Shown here: piece after piece, positions 38,478 through 54,682 of the stretch
How positions within the stretch are numbered: position 1 is the first letter of the stretch
Layout: every line of letters begins with the position of its first letter
From: the human T2T-CHM13v2.0 reference genome, Homo sapiens
Assembly (NCBI RefSeq): GCF_009914755.1
Contig: NC_060945.1
Length of the DNA stretch: 64,000 nucleotides
Strand: one strand, 5' to 3'
Translations under genes and position numbers: made by a program
The notes under the pieces: model-generated
What the model was told of the DNA's origin: nothing
The model's database searches: none
The model's input: only the letters and a program-made list of their open reading frames with translations

Positions 38478-38832
38478 TTTTCTTTTTTTTTTTTTTAACT
38501 TGGGATATTTTATTTTATTGTTAACTTTTGTTTTAGGTTCAGGGGTACATGTGCAGGATGTGCAGGTTTGTTACATAGGTAAACTTGTATCATGGGGGTT
38601 TGTTGTACAGATGATTTCATCACCCAGGTATCAAGCCTAGTACCTATTATTTATTTTTTCTGATCCTCTCCCTCCTCCACCTTCTGACAGATCCTAGTGT
38701 CTGTTATTCCCCTCTACGTGTTCATGTGTTCTCATCCTTTAGCTCCCACTTATAAGTGAGAACATGTGGCATTTGGTTTTCTGTTCCTGGGTTAGTTTAC
38801 TAAGGATAATGGCCTCCAGATCCATCCCACAG
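38478..38832 (-). mobile_element. L1P 3' end fragment
   Basis: Reverse L1P 3'UTR; TSD aaatgca(c/a)attttct at 38463-38477 and 38833-38847. Confidence 0.85.
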
Positions 38833-38904
38833 AAATGCAAATTTTCTATGCATTCTAGGTCAAGTATAGAAATAGAGAAAAGTGTGCTAGGCTTAAGAGA
38901 AACA

Positions 38905-39385
38905 GACCCATGTTCATAGCAGCATTATCCACAATAGCCCAAAGGTGGGAGCAGCCCAGGTGTTTACAGATGGTTGGATGGATAAATAAAACGTGGCATA
39001 TACGTAAAACAATATTATTTAGCCTCAAAAAGGAGGGAAATTCTGAAGCACACAACAACATGAGTGAACTTCAACGACATTATGCTAAGTGAAATTCCAG
39101 TAAGAAAAGGACTAACACTGGGTGATTCTACCTTATTTGAGGTCCCTAGGGTAGTCGGACTCATACAGACAAAGTAGAATGGTGGTTGCCCAAGACTGGA
39201 GGGTGGGGAAGTGGGAAATTGTTGTTCAATGGGTGAAGAGCTTTAGTTTGGGAAGATGAAAAAGTTCTGGAGATGGACGGTGGTGATGGTTACACAACAA
39301 TGTAAATGTACTTAATTACGCGAACTATAAACTGGCTAAAATAGGAAAATTCACTTTACGTACACTTTATTACCATTTTTGTAAA
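38905..39385 (+). mobile_element. L1MB-like 3' end fragment
   Basis: 'atgttcatagcagcattat...gatgaaaaagttctggagatgga'. Confidence 0.75.
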
Positions 39386-39514
39386 GAAATTTTTTTTAAA
39401 AAAACAAGGTAGCTAAAGACAGAGCAGGGGGGAGCATCCTATTTTTATGAGTTGAATTATTCCCTTGCAGACTTGAGTTACGTGTATTTTACAATTCTTT
39501 TAAAAAGGAAATTG

Positions 39515-39850
39515 AGGCCGGGCATGTTGACTCATGCCTGCAATCCCAGCACTTTGGGGGGCCAAGGCGGGCGGATCACCTGAGGTCAGGAGTTCGAGAC
39601 CACCCTGGCCAACACGGTGAAACCCCATCTCTACTAAAAATACAAAAAATTAGCCGGGTGTGGTGGCACAGGCCTGTAATCCCAGCTACTTGGGAGGCTG
39701 AGGCACGAGAATCGCTTGAACCTGAGACGAAGTTTGCAGTGAGCCGAGATTGCACCACTGCACTCCAGCCTGGTGACAGAGTGAGATTCTGTCTCAAAAA
39801 AGCAAAAAAAAAAAAAAAAAAAAAGAAAGAAAGAAAAGAAAAAAAAAAGA
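39515..39850 (+). mobile_element. Alu (AluS-like)
   Basis: Full Alu, long A-rich tail. Confidence 0.95.
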
Positions 39851-40049
39851 AAATTGAATGACTACACAATACTTCCAAAGGATGAGAATAGAGCAAATTT
39901 GATTATAATATAACAGTGGCTTAGAGAATATCAAGTTTCAAAAAGAACAGTGGGTCGATATTTTCAGGCCCTCACTAAGCTGGTTCCCCACCTGTCCATT
40001 GCTATGGATGTTATCTACTCCCTTGGCTTCAGCCGAGCTCCTGTGCCCT

Positions 40050-41270
40050 CTTAAGACAGAGACTGCTCCTGTCGAGGTCACCCACACCCTCTGCACTGAG
40101 GAGCACATGGTCACGTCTCTGTCCTTGCCTCTCCTTTCTCAGCAGCAGTCACCCCAGTTGCCCACTCCCTCCTTCCTGAACCTCCCTCCTTCCTGAAACT
40201 CCCTCCTTCCTCCACCATTCTCTCTCTCTCGGGTCGCTTCCGTCACTGGCCAGCTGGAAGTCACATTCTTAGACTCCTTGTCTCCATGCCTCTTCAATTC
40301 TCAGGCCTCTAAGTATGGAAAACTTGGTTCTGGGCTCTCCTTCTATCAACGCATCATCACATTAAGTGATCTTATCCGGCTGTGGTTTGTAATCCCATCT
40401 ACATGCCAGTGACTCCCAAATCTGTATCTCTAACCCTGACCTTGCTTAACTGGACAACTCCGTTTGGCTGTCTGGCCAATGTCTCCAGTTAAACGTGACC
40501 AGAACAGAACTCTTGGTTTCGTACTCCATCCTGATTCACCTCCTCTCCAAGGCTTCCCCACCTCATTCACAGAACCCATCCGCCCACCCAGTTCTAAAGC
40601 CAAATCAAAGAGTCCCACTTGAGTCCTCCCTCCCCTTGCCTCCAAGTCTAATGTATCTGAAGTCCTGGTGACTCTGCCTCCAAAACGGGTGCCAAATCCA
40701 TCCACTGCTCTCCATCCCCACTGTCACTGCCTAGACCAAGCCACCATGGTCTCCTGCCTGGTCTGCTCAAACATTCTCCTGCTGTTCGAGCACTCACCTT
40801 GCCCATGGCAGTGCCCTCTCCACTGGCCTCCAGACATGTCAATCGGGTCATGCCCCTCTCTGTTTACATTCTCTCCTGCTGCCATCTCACATGCATATAA
40901 ACCCCGGACTCCTTTATCTAGAAAGCAGAGCCCCAGGTGACCTGGCCCTGCCTGCCTCTCTGATCTCAGTTCCACCGCTCTCTGCCTTGCTCATGACCCT
41001 CCAATACGGCTCTGCCATCCCTGCTCCCTCTCAACCAGGGTCTGGAGTGCTCCTTCTCCCTCCCCACTAGGCTGACTCCTCCCTTCCTTCAGATGTCAGT
41101 CCAAATGTTGCCTTCTGAGAGCGGACCTCCCTGTCCACCCAACTTGAGACTACATCACGCACCGCTGCCCACGGTCATTTGCCAGCACGTCACTTTATGT
41201 TAATTCTCTGCATAGCCCTTATCAATATCCATTCTTCTTTATTTCTCGTATATTACTAGATTAATTTATC
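40050..41270 (+). mobile_element. Degenerate L2 fragment
   Basis: 'atctacatgccagtgactcccaaatctgtatctc' and other L2-like motifs. Confidence 0.55.
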
Positions 41271-41353
41271 TGGAAAGAGAGGTTCAAGAATAGTAGACCA
41301 GATAGCCAGACTTACCCACAAATTAAAACGAAGGACAAAATAGCGGAAGATAA

Positions 41354-41713
41354 GGCCAGGCACGGTGGCTCATGCCTGTAATCCCAACACTTTGGGAGGC
41401 TGAGGTGGGTGGATCATGAGGTCGGGAGTTTGAGACCAGCCTGGCCAACATGGTGAAACCTCATCTCTACTAAAAATACAAAAATTAGCTGGGCGTGGTA
41501 GCACATGCCTGTAGTCCCCGCTACTCAGGAGGCTGAGGCAGGAGAATCGCTTGAACCAGGGAGGCGGAGGTTGAAGTGAGCCACTGCACTCCAGCCTGGG
41601 CAACAGAGCGAGACTCCATCTCAAAAAAGAAAGAGAGAGAGAGAGAGAGAGAAAGGAAGGAAGGAAGCAAGGAAAGAAGGAAGGAAGGAAGGAAGGAAAG
41701 AAGGAAGAAAGAA
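41354..41713 (+). mobile_element. Alu with (GA)n/(GGAA)n tail
   Basis: Alu body 41354-~41625 followed by purine microsatellite. Confidence 0.93.
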
Positions 41714-42278
41714 AAGTGCTTTTCAACATACACAAACAAGAAATGCAGTGGCAATTTGACACTCAAGCAACATAAACAAAAAAGAGCACTTGGAATTCAA
41801 AGTTTTCAATCCAGTGCAAGCAGGAAGGAGTGGGGACAGAGGAGGGGGAGAGGAAAGTGGGAAGGAGGAGATCAGAGGAGGTGCCCACAAGAGGGAGCAG
41901 AGTGAGTCTGTTCAGGAGACACTAGAGAGGGACTCCCCTCAGTAGGGAACAAGGCATTCTTGGAAACATGGTGCATGGAGCCAGTCCATTCTAACCATGC
42001 ATGCTGCCTTAGTGCTGGGCACCCAGTAGGCATCCAAGAAATATTTGTTAAGTCAACTATCCAGGACACTGAATGAACTGAGTGAGAGGGTGAGATAGCG
42101 AGCCAATAGAAATGCAAAGAAGAGGGGCAATGAGGGAATGAGGATGGAATGAGGCACTGGAGGATCAAGACTGCAGAAGACCTTGTTGGCCAAAAAAGGA
42201 GCCCATAGTCCAGTAGGAGTCAAACCTGTTTGAGGGGATCACTGACCTTTCCATTTCCCTTCTTTAACCATCTCACAG

Positions 42279-42477
42279 GTATCCTGACCAAACCAGATCT
42301 AATGGACAGGGGCACTGAGAAAAGCGTCATGAATGTGGTGCGGAACCTCACGTACCCCCTCAAGAAGGGCTACATGATTGTGAAGTGCCGGGGCCAGCAG
42401 GAGATCACAAACAGGCTGAGCTTGGCAGAGGCAACCAAGAAAGAAATTACATTCTTTCAAACACATCCATATTTCAG
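42279..42477 (+). CDS. MX2: MX2 exon 7 (G4 motif TKPD)
   Basis: tcacag|(G)[13 protein letters not shown]...FFQTHPYF|gtgaga; 199 nt. Confidence 0.98.
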
Positions 42478-44306
42478 GTGAGACTCTTCAGGAAAGCCCT
42501 GGAATTAGACTCCATGAAAGCCAGCCCATCTGCAAGAGTTGGCCCAGATCATGACCAAAGTGTATGCACAAATTACACAAGGTAGTATAACCTAGCCTCA
42601 CCTGATTTTTGTGCTAGATTTCTTGGCTTATTTAGACAAATTATTGTTTCTTAGATTCTAATGATGGTGCTGATTAAAAACTGGAATGTGTCATGACATA
42701 AAGCGTAGAACTCTTTGGTTTCCCAAAATGTTTTCACTTCCTTTCTGATTTGAGTCCTTATATTAAGAGATACATAAGGCAGGTGAAGTTTCTCCCATTT
42801 CCATGGATAAGAATAATGAGGTCAAACAAATAGTGAATGGGAACAGGACTGAACACAGAGCACCTAACTTCCAGAAACCCGTGTGTACCACCGTAAACGG
42901 CACACAGGAAAACCTGCTCGATGGAACTCTCCGTGTTTTTAGAGCCTCCAGTGCCCACAGTCATTTGCCAGAATATCACTTGTTTTTATTAAATAGAAAC
43001 TTAATAATAACTGGCTTTATTAAATAGAAATTATCCTATAGAGACTCTGTAGTTTGTAGGATGCTGGGATTGTTCCCATTGAATGGAGCACTTTTCCCCT
43101 TCATTCTGGAACTTGTTGTTCCTGAATGATCCAGGAGCACAGAGGTCACTCCTGCTTGAAGGAGAGCTAATGGGAAAACAGTGAATTTGGGCCGAGTAGG
43201 TCTACGGCTTGCTGACTATGTGATCTTACAATATGGGCCACCTTCTCGGAATTTTGCCTTTCCCATCTTCTCCAGGGGATCCTACTACTGCCTCACAAGA
43301 TTGTGGTTAGGATTACGTAACACGACATACACAAAGGTCTTGAGCGCCAACAGCCAGCACTCAGTAAACACCACCCGGTTCCTTCTTTCTTCCTCTCTGC
43401 TCCTGCTCTGAGTGGATGAAACATACTGTTTCCAATAGCACTGGAGGACATGAGGAGAAGAAAACTCTCCTCCTTGAGCTGGGAGAAGATTTCAAAATAA
43501 TCAGGCCCATGGTTCTCCATGCTGAGTGAGCAGCAGACTCTCTGGAGAGTTCCTTAAAATTGTGCTAGCTCTGTCCTGCTCTGCCCTGAGGCCGGGGGAG
43601 GTGCCCAAGACTTCCTGCTTCTAACAGGTTCCTCCTGGTTGAGGCTAATGTTGCCAGTCCAGGGACCTCCCTTTGCAAACCGCTTCTCAAGGTCTTTGGG
43701 AAATCTGAAATCCTTGCATGCCTGCTTGCTGGGAGCCGGCCCTTGCAGTAAGAGGCACTGGCAGTGCTGGGGAATAATCCTGTGTGCTTCATCCTAAATT
43801 CCTGCTATTGGCAAACATGCTGCAGCCACTCTGCCTGCTGTGTGGCTGCAGCAAGCAAATGCAGCAAGCTGCTTAACCTTTCTGTGTCTCAGCCTTTCTT
43901 GCTCTAAAGTGGGTTGTTAAATGACTAAATGTGTTAATATTTATAAAGCCCTTAGATTGGTGCCTGGCACTTAGTAAGCACCATATATACTTTTGTGATG
44001 AGAAATAAAATACTAATCTGGGCAACTCACTTAATCTCCATGAGGCTGGGTTTGTTTTCCTGTAGCTAAGATGACCTACCTCATGAGTTTGTGGGGATGA
44101 TAGAAAGGGAGGAGGGAAGGAAGCTTCCTGGCCCACAGTTGCCTGGGTGCAGGCTGGTGGCAAGTGTCTTTCTTATGCACCACTTGGCTTTTCTGATGGC
44201 ACGTGTTGCCCCGGGGAGCTGGGCTCACCTACCACGCACAAAGTCCGGTACTAGCAAGATGGTACACAAGTCCTTCCTGAATGCATGAATGTCTGTCTCA
44301 TTTCAG

Positions 44307-44385
44307 AGTTCTCCTGGAGGAGGGGTCAGCCACGGTTCCCCGACTGGCAGAAAGACTTACCACTGAACTCATCATGCATATCCAA
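44307..44385 (+). CDS. MX2: MX2 exon 8
   Basis: tttcag|(R)[26 protein letters not shown]|gtgagc; 79 nt. Confidence 0.96.
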
Positions 44386-44579
44386 GTGAGCCACGTGGGT
44401 TGGGTGACAAGTCATCAATACAGCATGCCCAAGTCACTCTCTTGGTCTGGAGTTGGCTAAGATGCCCCACTGATCTGTCCAAACAAGCAAACAAGTACCC
44501 TCTGAACACTGTCTCACTCACTGTCACAGGCTCACTGGAAGAACTTCCAAATTGGGGAAGCAACAAGTACATAGTATTA

Positions 44580-45034
<455 letters not shown>

Positions 45035-45590
45035 CTAAGAAATAATTGGTTTGTAAGAAATAAGTCCATTTTTATGGATTCTCAAAAGCAGACAACTACA
45101 GACAAGGGCCTCATGACATCATCGATTATAGAAAAACTTTGGTTTGGCGGTTATTGAGAAATCGAATATTTTTAGTGCTTGCCTAAACCTTCACAAATGA
45201 GGCCAAGCAACATGGGAAGATTTAAATGTACCCTTAGAGCAAAGATGATTCCAGATCCTAGGACTTGGCCCATGCTAAATTGTATATCAGACAAAAGCAA
45301 TGACTTACTTGAGCCAGGAAGCACATACTCAAAGAAAATTTGGTTTGAAGGAGCCAGTGGTTCTCCAACTTTAAGGCACACAAGAATTACCTGGAAAGTT
45401 TGTTACAATTAGATTCCACCAGTCAAGGTGGCCTACACATGTAATCCCAGCACTTTGGGAGGCTGGGGCAGGTGGGTCAAAAATTCCAGATCTTCCTGGA
45501 TGCTTTAAAGGGCTCCTACTCATATACCAAAGAAATCAGTTGGCCAATCTCTTAAGCCGCAGTTTGATTGTTTGCAATTGTTTTGTTTAG

Positions 45591-45713
45591 AAATCGCTCC
45601 CGTTGTTAGAAGGACAAATAAGGGAGAGCCACCAGAAGGCGACCGAGGAGCTGCGGCGTTGCGGGGCTGACATCCCCAGCCAGGAGGCCGACAAGATGTT
45701 CTTTCTAATTGAG
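45591..45713 (+). CDS. MX2: MX2 exon 9
   Basis: gtttag|[25 protein letters not shown]...MFFLIE|gtgagg; 123 nt. Confidence 0.97.
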
Positions 45714-45889
45714 GTGAGGATTTCCGCAGGACTCCACGTGACACTGCATCCTTCCCTGGTGGCCCTGCAGCTGCCCTTCCCCTTCTTCACCCATGAGATG
45801 AGGTGGGCGGGTGGACATCTCCTTGCAACGCCGGTCCCAGTTCTTTCATATGATTTCCGCAAAGACTATTGACTTTATATCATTTTCAG

Positions 45890-46031
45890 AAAATCAAGAT
45901 GTTTAATCAGGACATCGAAAAGTTAGTAGAAGGAGAAGAAGTTGTAAGGGAGAATGAGACCCGTTTATACAACAAAATCAGAGAGGATTTTAAAAACTGG
46001 GTAGGCATACTTGCAACTAATACCCAAAAAG
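45890..46031 (+). CDS. MX2: MX2 exon 10 (stalk)
   Basis: tttcag|KIKMFNQDIEKLVEGEE...ATNTQK|gtaagt; 142 nt. Confidence 0.97.
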
Positions 46032-46260
46032 GTAAGTTCTGGGCAGGGCTCCCTGCAAAACAGGGTGGTATTTACCCAGACCAGAGGCTATGTCCAGCAC
46101 ATGATAAGTGTGCCAAGAGTGGAACACGCCCATCCAAGACCGTGGAACCCTTGGTAATCAGCAACTGTCTCTCAACGAACAAAACCCAGAAATATGGGGC
46201 GTCGACCTCAGCCACTCAACACAGGGCAATTCCACTGCCTCTGATGTCCTCGTGTCTTGA

Positions 46261-46560
<300 letters not shown>

Positions 46561-47194
46561 CTTGCTTCTTGGTTTTGAGGCTAAATGGCATTCCATGCCC
46601 ACCTGAGGAATTCGCAGAGCAGCCCAGGGTACCTCAGGGCTGCTATCCTGAGTGCCTGGAGGGAAGCCTGTGCCCAAAGCAGGGGTCCAGATGACTCTGG
46701 GGGCCAGCCCCACATGAAGGCTCTCCAGCCACTGTTGAATTGAGTGCACAGCTGCCAGCTGGCCATGGTGCCTGTTGTGGACACACCAGGCACGGAGCCT
46801 TCATTAGTAGCAGCTAAACATCAGCTTGGTAGAAAAAGTGACCTGGGATACTTATTTATTTTGGTGGCATTGAGACAGAGCTCAGCATGGGTGCCAGGGG
46901 ACCAGGGGAGGGGGGAATCCACATGAAATCGTTTACCATCTCCCCCTCTGGAAGGTCTGGGGTGTGATGATCTGGTTTTAGCAATAAGTAAAGACTAGAT
47001 GAAGTAGCAGTTTTTTAACTGCTAAAATGTGCCCAGATCACCCAAACAATTCCACTCATCCCAATCCCCCTTCTCTTTGCCCCTAATTCAAGATCAGAGA
47101 GATTCTTGGTTTGACAAGAGCCTGCTGGCTTCACCTGGCAAAGTTCTGATTCCCATGTGCTCCAGCCCAGGTTCCAGTAGGGCATGTGTGTGTG

Positions 47195-47950
<756 letters not shown>

Positions 47951-48114
47951 TTGTGTGTGTGCTGTTGTGTTTTTGTTCTGGCACTTGGAGAAAACAGCAC
48001 TGTTTACCTCCGTGGAAAGATCCCTCCAACGGTAAACTGTGGCTGTATGCTTGGGAGGTAAGGGGTACAAGATTAAGTTTCCATATTCATTTAACTGATC
48101 AGATTTTTGTGTTT

Positions 48115-48362
<248 letters not shown>

Positions 48363-48659
48363 TTTCTAATCAGGTTTTTTTTTTTTTTCCTACCAGTTAG
48401 AAACAATAGCTTCTCTCTTGGGGTGATGACTTTCAATTGAAACACATTTTCATAGAATAAGATTTTTTTCCCCCAAAAGTCAGTATTTCTTAAACTCCTG
48501 TTATTAGACCATGAATATTTTTCTCATTGTGAACAAAACTCCACTTTGCAACATTGCCTCTGCGTACAGTGGGGAGCAAGACTTTATAAAACTGTTGCTA
48601 GCTTTACGACGTCTGCAGAATTAGCAGAATTCACCATGGAGGTCTGTTTGATGTTGCAG

Positions 48660-48818
48660 TTAAAAATATTATCCACGAAGAAGTTGAAAAATATGAAAAG
48701 CAGTATCGAGGCAAGGAGCTTCTGGGATTTGTCAACTACAAGACATTTGAGATCATCGTGCATCAGTACATCCAGCAGCTGGTGGAGCCCGCCCTTAGCA
48801 TGCTCCAGAAAGCCATGG
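48660..48818 (+). CDS. MX2: MX2 exon 11 (YRGKELLGF)
   Basis: ttgcag|(V)KNIIHEEVEKYEKQYRGKELLGFVNYKTF...LQKAM|gtgagg; 159 nt. Confidence 0.97.
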
Positions 48819-49214
48819 GTGAGGACTTTCAAGCAGGACTCCCAAACCATCACTCTCATACCTTCCATAGACCCCAGTGCCTTGGAGGGAGAGATTGGAA
48901 TGGAGTTACCAAACCAGCCTGCAGACACGCTCACTGGTGTGCTAGATTGCTACTCTGTGTGGTCTGTGAGCCAGCAGCACTGGCAAGGCCTGAGAGCTGG
49001 TCAGAGCTACCGATTCTGCCCTTCTGCCTGAGAACTCGTACTGAGGTTTCCAGGAGATGGGGAAGCACACTGAGTGCCATAGGCGTTCCATCGCTGTCCT
49101 TCAAACACGTGGAGGAGGCGGGGAAGATGGTTTCTCTTGTCTTTGGGGGGCAGGCAGAGGGTGCACATGCACTTCATCTGTATCACACGCAGCCACCAAC
49201 ACAGCCGCGTAAGG

Positions 49215-49693
49215 CAGCGGTCCCCAGTCTTTATGGCACCAGAGACTGCTTTCATGGAAGACAATTTTTCCACAGACCAGTGAGGGGTAAGAAGGATGGC
49301 TCCGGGATGAGTCAACTGCATTGCATTTATTGTGCCCTTTATTTCTATTATTATTACATTGTAATATATAATGAAGTAATTACACAGCTCACCAAAATGT
49401 AGAATCCTCATTATGGTGGGAGCCCTCAGCTTGTCTTCCTGCAACTAGACTGTCCCATCTAGCGGTGATGGGAGACAGTGACAGATCGTCAGGCATTAGA
49501 TTCTCATAAGGAACACGCAACCTAGATCCCTCGCACGTGCAGCTCACAACAGGGTTTGTGCTCCTGTGAGAATCTAGTGCCACCGCAGATCTGAAAAGAG
49601 GTGGGGCTCAGGCAGCAGTGCTCACTAGCTCACTGCACACCTCCTGCCGGACACGGACTGGAACTGGTCCAGCCTGGGAGTTGGGGACCCCTG
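49215..49693. mobile_element. MER1-family hAT MITE
   Basis: Termini cagcggtcccc / ggggacccctg; imperfect 8-bp TSD (gc/at)gtaagg. Confidence 0.85.
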
Positions 49694-49957
49694 ATGTAAG
49701 GAATAGTCAGAGGCTAACATGCACACAGGCACGGGAAATGGACAGGACCTGCCCAGGCTGCATGAGGGCTGGATTGTGTGGCCCTGGAATGATGTCCCAC
49801 CCTCTCCTATCGCGGTTTGCAGGTCTAGGGAACTCAGTCTCCTGGAATGGGTCAGTGTATCATCAGTCATCCTCCCTGTGTCTTTAACCAGTTTTATTTC
49901 TGCTTGCATTTTACTGATGTTTTCTTCTTCTTCTCCTTTTTGTTTTTTTTTGGTCAG

Positions 49958-50034
49958 AAATTATCCAGCAAGCTTTCATTAACGTGGCCAAAAAACATTT
50001 TGGCGAATTTTTCAACCTTAACCAAACTGTTCAG
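49958..50034 (+). CDS. MX2: MX2 exon 12
   Basis: ggtcag|(E)IIQQAFINVAKKHFGEFFNLNQTVQ|gtaagc; 77 nt. Confidence 0.97.
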
Positions 50035-51091
50035 GTAAGCACCCAGAGTTCACTTGCTAGTCACCTGGACCACTGGCTGTTTAACCTTGAGAGAAGTTGG
50101 ATATTCACTGTCATTTGGAACCATGAGGCCAGGGATGTAATGGCAGGCTGGCGAGGCTGGCAGGGCTGGCGGGGCTGGTGGAGCTGGTGACTCCAGGAGC
50201 ACCTGCCTGCCTGGCTTCTGCTCAGGAGGCGGCTTCACTCCCCAGGAGAAATGAAATGCGGCCCGTGCCCTGCCATCTGTTCTGCACGACCTTACGCAGG
50301 ATGTGGGGCTCCACCGAGGACTGGCTGGTAGGCTGAATCTTTTTCAAGCATAAAGCACAGCATTGTTTACTAGTCCTACTCCCAAATTTGTATGTTTGAC
50401 TCAAAGATGTTGCCGTAGCTCTGTGGGTTTCTACTTAGCAACTCTTCCCCCGAGTTACCTTCAGCAAAGGCAAGAGAGGGCATGTGGCACTTGGGCTGTA
50501 GATAAAATTCCTCTTCTGCCCAGGCCTGGGCTGGTGGATTGAAATCTCATTCCATAGTGCAGGCAAGCAAGAAGGACAATTTTCGTCATTTTTCCGTCAT
50601 ATAAATTAATTTCTTCTTTCACCCTTTTTGCCTGTTAGTGAAAATTAAATCCCAGTTCTGACTCCCGCCCACTTTCTCAGGGGCTGTGTCTGAGTCCCGG
50701 GTGCCTGCTCATGGGGTGGGTGACCTGCCTGGTCCCCAGTCACCAAGATGTCCATTGTCCTTCCCGGGCCTTGGTCCCCTTGGTCCCTGAGCTCCTGCCC
50801 AGCCCCGCCGGGACACAGGAAGCACTCGGCTGCAGGCCCAACTGCTCTGGGCCATGGGAACTCTGGCATCCACCAAGGGCCTTCACCTCTTTTGTGCTGC
50901 CCTTGGATAGACACAGCCTTGCAGCAGCTCCCGGCTCCTCACCAGGGACTGCGGGGCTCTCCAAGGCCATGACCTGCACACTGCCCTCAGCCACAACAGA
51001 GCCTGGGGGGCTCGCTGCCTCCTGTGTCACAAATCTTGAGGAGTGCGGCACAGGCCACTTCTGCTCCCAGAGGGTCTACTGTCCTTTGTTG

Positions 51092-51548
51092 TGTAGACCG
51101 AAAGTGACTGAGGCAGATCTGCCTCGATCCGAGATTTATTTTGCCCAGGTCGAGGATGTACGTGGGAAAAAGAAATACAAGTTCCAGTGCTATCTGTGAC
51201 CTGTGCTTTTCCTAAGAGGGTTTAGGGGAACTTCAGTATTTAAAAAGGAAAGAGCGAGCAGGTGGGGAAGAAAGAAGGAAGGAGGGTAGGCAATGAGGCA
51301 ATGAGGCAGAGGTCACCCTCGTGTAAGGCTCTGACCAGCACTCAGTGAATCTATGTGTTAAATGTGAAAAGAAAGGCGTGGAGAGAAAGTCAATCATGCA
51401 TTCATCTCGCGCTCAGTAAATCTACATTTTACATCGGATAAAGTGCACATGTGAAATCACAGCTTCTGTTTGGGAACAAAAGAAAGGCAGTTAACTTTCC
51501 CTTTAGTATAGTAAGTTTGGGGTCCCAAGAATCTATTTTTCTTTCACA
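51092..51548 (-). mobile_element. MER4-group ERV1 solo LTR
   Basis: TG...CA termini, 4-bp TSD gttg; reverse strand begins 'tgtgaaagaaaaatagattcttgggaccccaaact'. Confidence 0.75.
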
Positions 51549-51717
51549 GTTGTCACATATACTCAAAAAAAAAAAAAAAAAAGAAAAAGAAAAAAAAAAG
51601 AGAAAGAACAAACAAACCAGCACCTGTGAAACTTCACCTCTGAAACTCACTCTCTCACTCTCAAGCCACTGCTTCTGCCTTCAGTTTTAAAAAGTCTATT
51701 TGAAGCTCAAAAGCCTA

Positions 51718-51975
51718 GGCCAGGTGTGGTGGCTCACGCCTGTAATCCTAGCACTTTGGGAGGCCGAGGCGGGCAGATCCCTTAAGGTCAGGAGTTCGAG
51801 ACCAGCCTGGCCAACCCGGTGAAACCCTTGTCTCTACTAAAAATACAAAAATTAGCCAGAAATCACTTGAACCTGGGAGGCGGAGGTTGCAGTCAGTCGA
51901 GATTGTGCCACTGCACTGCAGCCTGGGTAACAAAGAGAGACTCCATCTCAAAAAGAAAAAAAAAAAAGAAAAAGA
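51718..51975 (+). mobile_element. Alu with internal deletion
   Basis: Left arm joined to the distal right arm. Confidence 0.9.
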
Positions 51976-51997
51976 AACTCAAAGCCAGGACATGACA

Positions 51998-53085
<1,088 letters not shown>

Positions 53086-53435
53086 TAGCAGAAGTAGCAC
53101 CCCAGGAATGACTGACACCGTCCCAACAGCATGGACTAAGCCTGTTCCTGATGAAGGAGCAGAAAGCTGGTGGTGTAGGAGGGACTGGGGATGGCCAGAG
53201 AGGAAGAAAGGGCAGGAGAGAAGGTATGTCGCAAGTGGGGAGTGAGGAAACCGGGTTCATAAGGACAGAAAGGGCGAAGTGGGACTTTCTAAAAATCATC
53301 ATTTCAAGTCTCAGGACTTCTTTGACTATGGATTCGTTTTATTTCTGAGTTCAACATAATAGTACTTCCAAATTTGTTTAAGCCAACAGGAAAGAAGAAA
53401 AAGAAGTAATGTGTTTGTCTTTTTTATCTAACCAG

Positions 53436-53690
53436 AGCACGATTGAAGACATAAAAGTGAAACACACAGCAAAGGCAGAAAACATGATCCAACTTCAGTT
53501 CAGAATGGAGCAGATGGTTTTTTGTCAAGATCAGATTTACAGTGTTGTTCTGAAGAAAGTCCGAGAAGAGATTTTTAACCCTCTGGGGACGCCTTCACAG
53601 AATATGAAGTTGAACTCTCATTTTCCCAGTAATGAGTCTTCGGTTTCCTCCTTTACTGAAATAGGCATCCACCTGAATGCCTACTTCTTG
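53436..53690 (+). CDS. MX2: MX2 exon 13 (stalk including loop L4 region)
   Basis: aaccag|STIEDIKVKHTAKAENMIQLQFRMEQMVFCQDQIY...HLNAYFL|gtgagt; 255 nt. Confidence 0.98.
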
Positions 53691-54682
53691 GTGAGTTCCC
53701 GGCGGGGCAGGAGCCGTGCTCTCTGAAATTTGCAGAGCTGAGTAGGGGCTATGCTAACCTAGAGAGGCTTTGCTGAGGGAAGGAGGGAGGGACCACTACA
53801 ATGTATTAAGCCCTTCTGTACTATGATAAACTACTTATATATTTTCTCATTTATAATTTTACATGAACCCTATGAAGGCACTTTTAATTAATTTGCCCAC
53901 AATCAATTTTTAAAGTGGTAGAGCGTGTACTCAAAATTAATTCTGACCCCAAAATTCCTTATATTTCTTATGCGGTCCATGAATTACAAAATTACTATGA
54001 TCAGAATACAGCAAAATACAACAAACGTCAACGATTGTGACTATAAACTAGCTTTCCTTGGTGTTCAGAAGGCACTAACATGCCACACTTGCCAGCCCCA
54101 CAAGATAGGAATGAAATTTCCTTTCCCTAGATTTTGTGACCCAGTGAACTTTTTGGCCTCTGACTGTCTATCCAATATGCAAGTATCACTGTTCCCAGGA
54201 AGAAAAAATAGCTTTTAAACTGCAAAGACACCCACCTCCCGAAGCCCTTTCTCAATCAGAATAGAGTGGTTTCCCAGCCATGGGCACCTGGCTGCCAGGC
54301 ATACTGGCTATGCCTATGAAGAAGGAATGAGGGGAGGATTCGAAACGGCCCTGGTGCATACCCAGAAGGGAGCCAGGGGAGTCCTGGGCTGGGGGAGTTT
54401 CTCCAGCAGGGAGGAGCTGTGGGGATGCCCAGAGGTGATATGGGCTTGCTAGCCTACCAGGGGGCTTCTTAGTGCTAGAGGGGATGCCTGGAAGTAAAGA
54501 GGGGTCAGCGCAAATAGAACCTTCACGGGGCTTGATGCTGACCACCGGAGTGGAGGTGGGCGAGACCACCAGGGCTTCGCCAGGCAACCATGTGCGCATC
54601 CAGGAACTCCATGCCTTCTCTCTGCAACCACAGGCCTTGGGCTGAGACCACTCCAGCAAACCCTTCTTTCTCCCTCTTCCAG

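Noticed and set aside
40163-40212. Short local tandem duplications (also ~13851-13876, ~17457-17482, ~50143-50189)
   Set aside because: Ordinary slippage products with no evidence of function
54450-54470. CTCF-like motif ctaccagggggctt
   Set aside because: Only a partial match; cannot be supported without ChIP data
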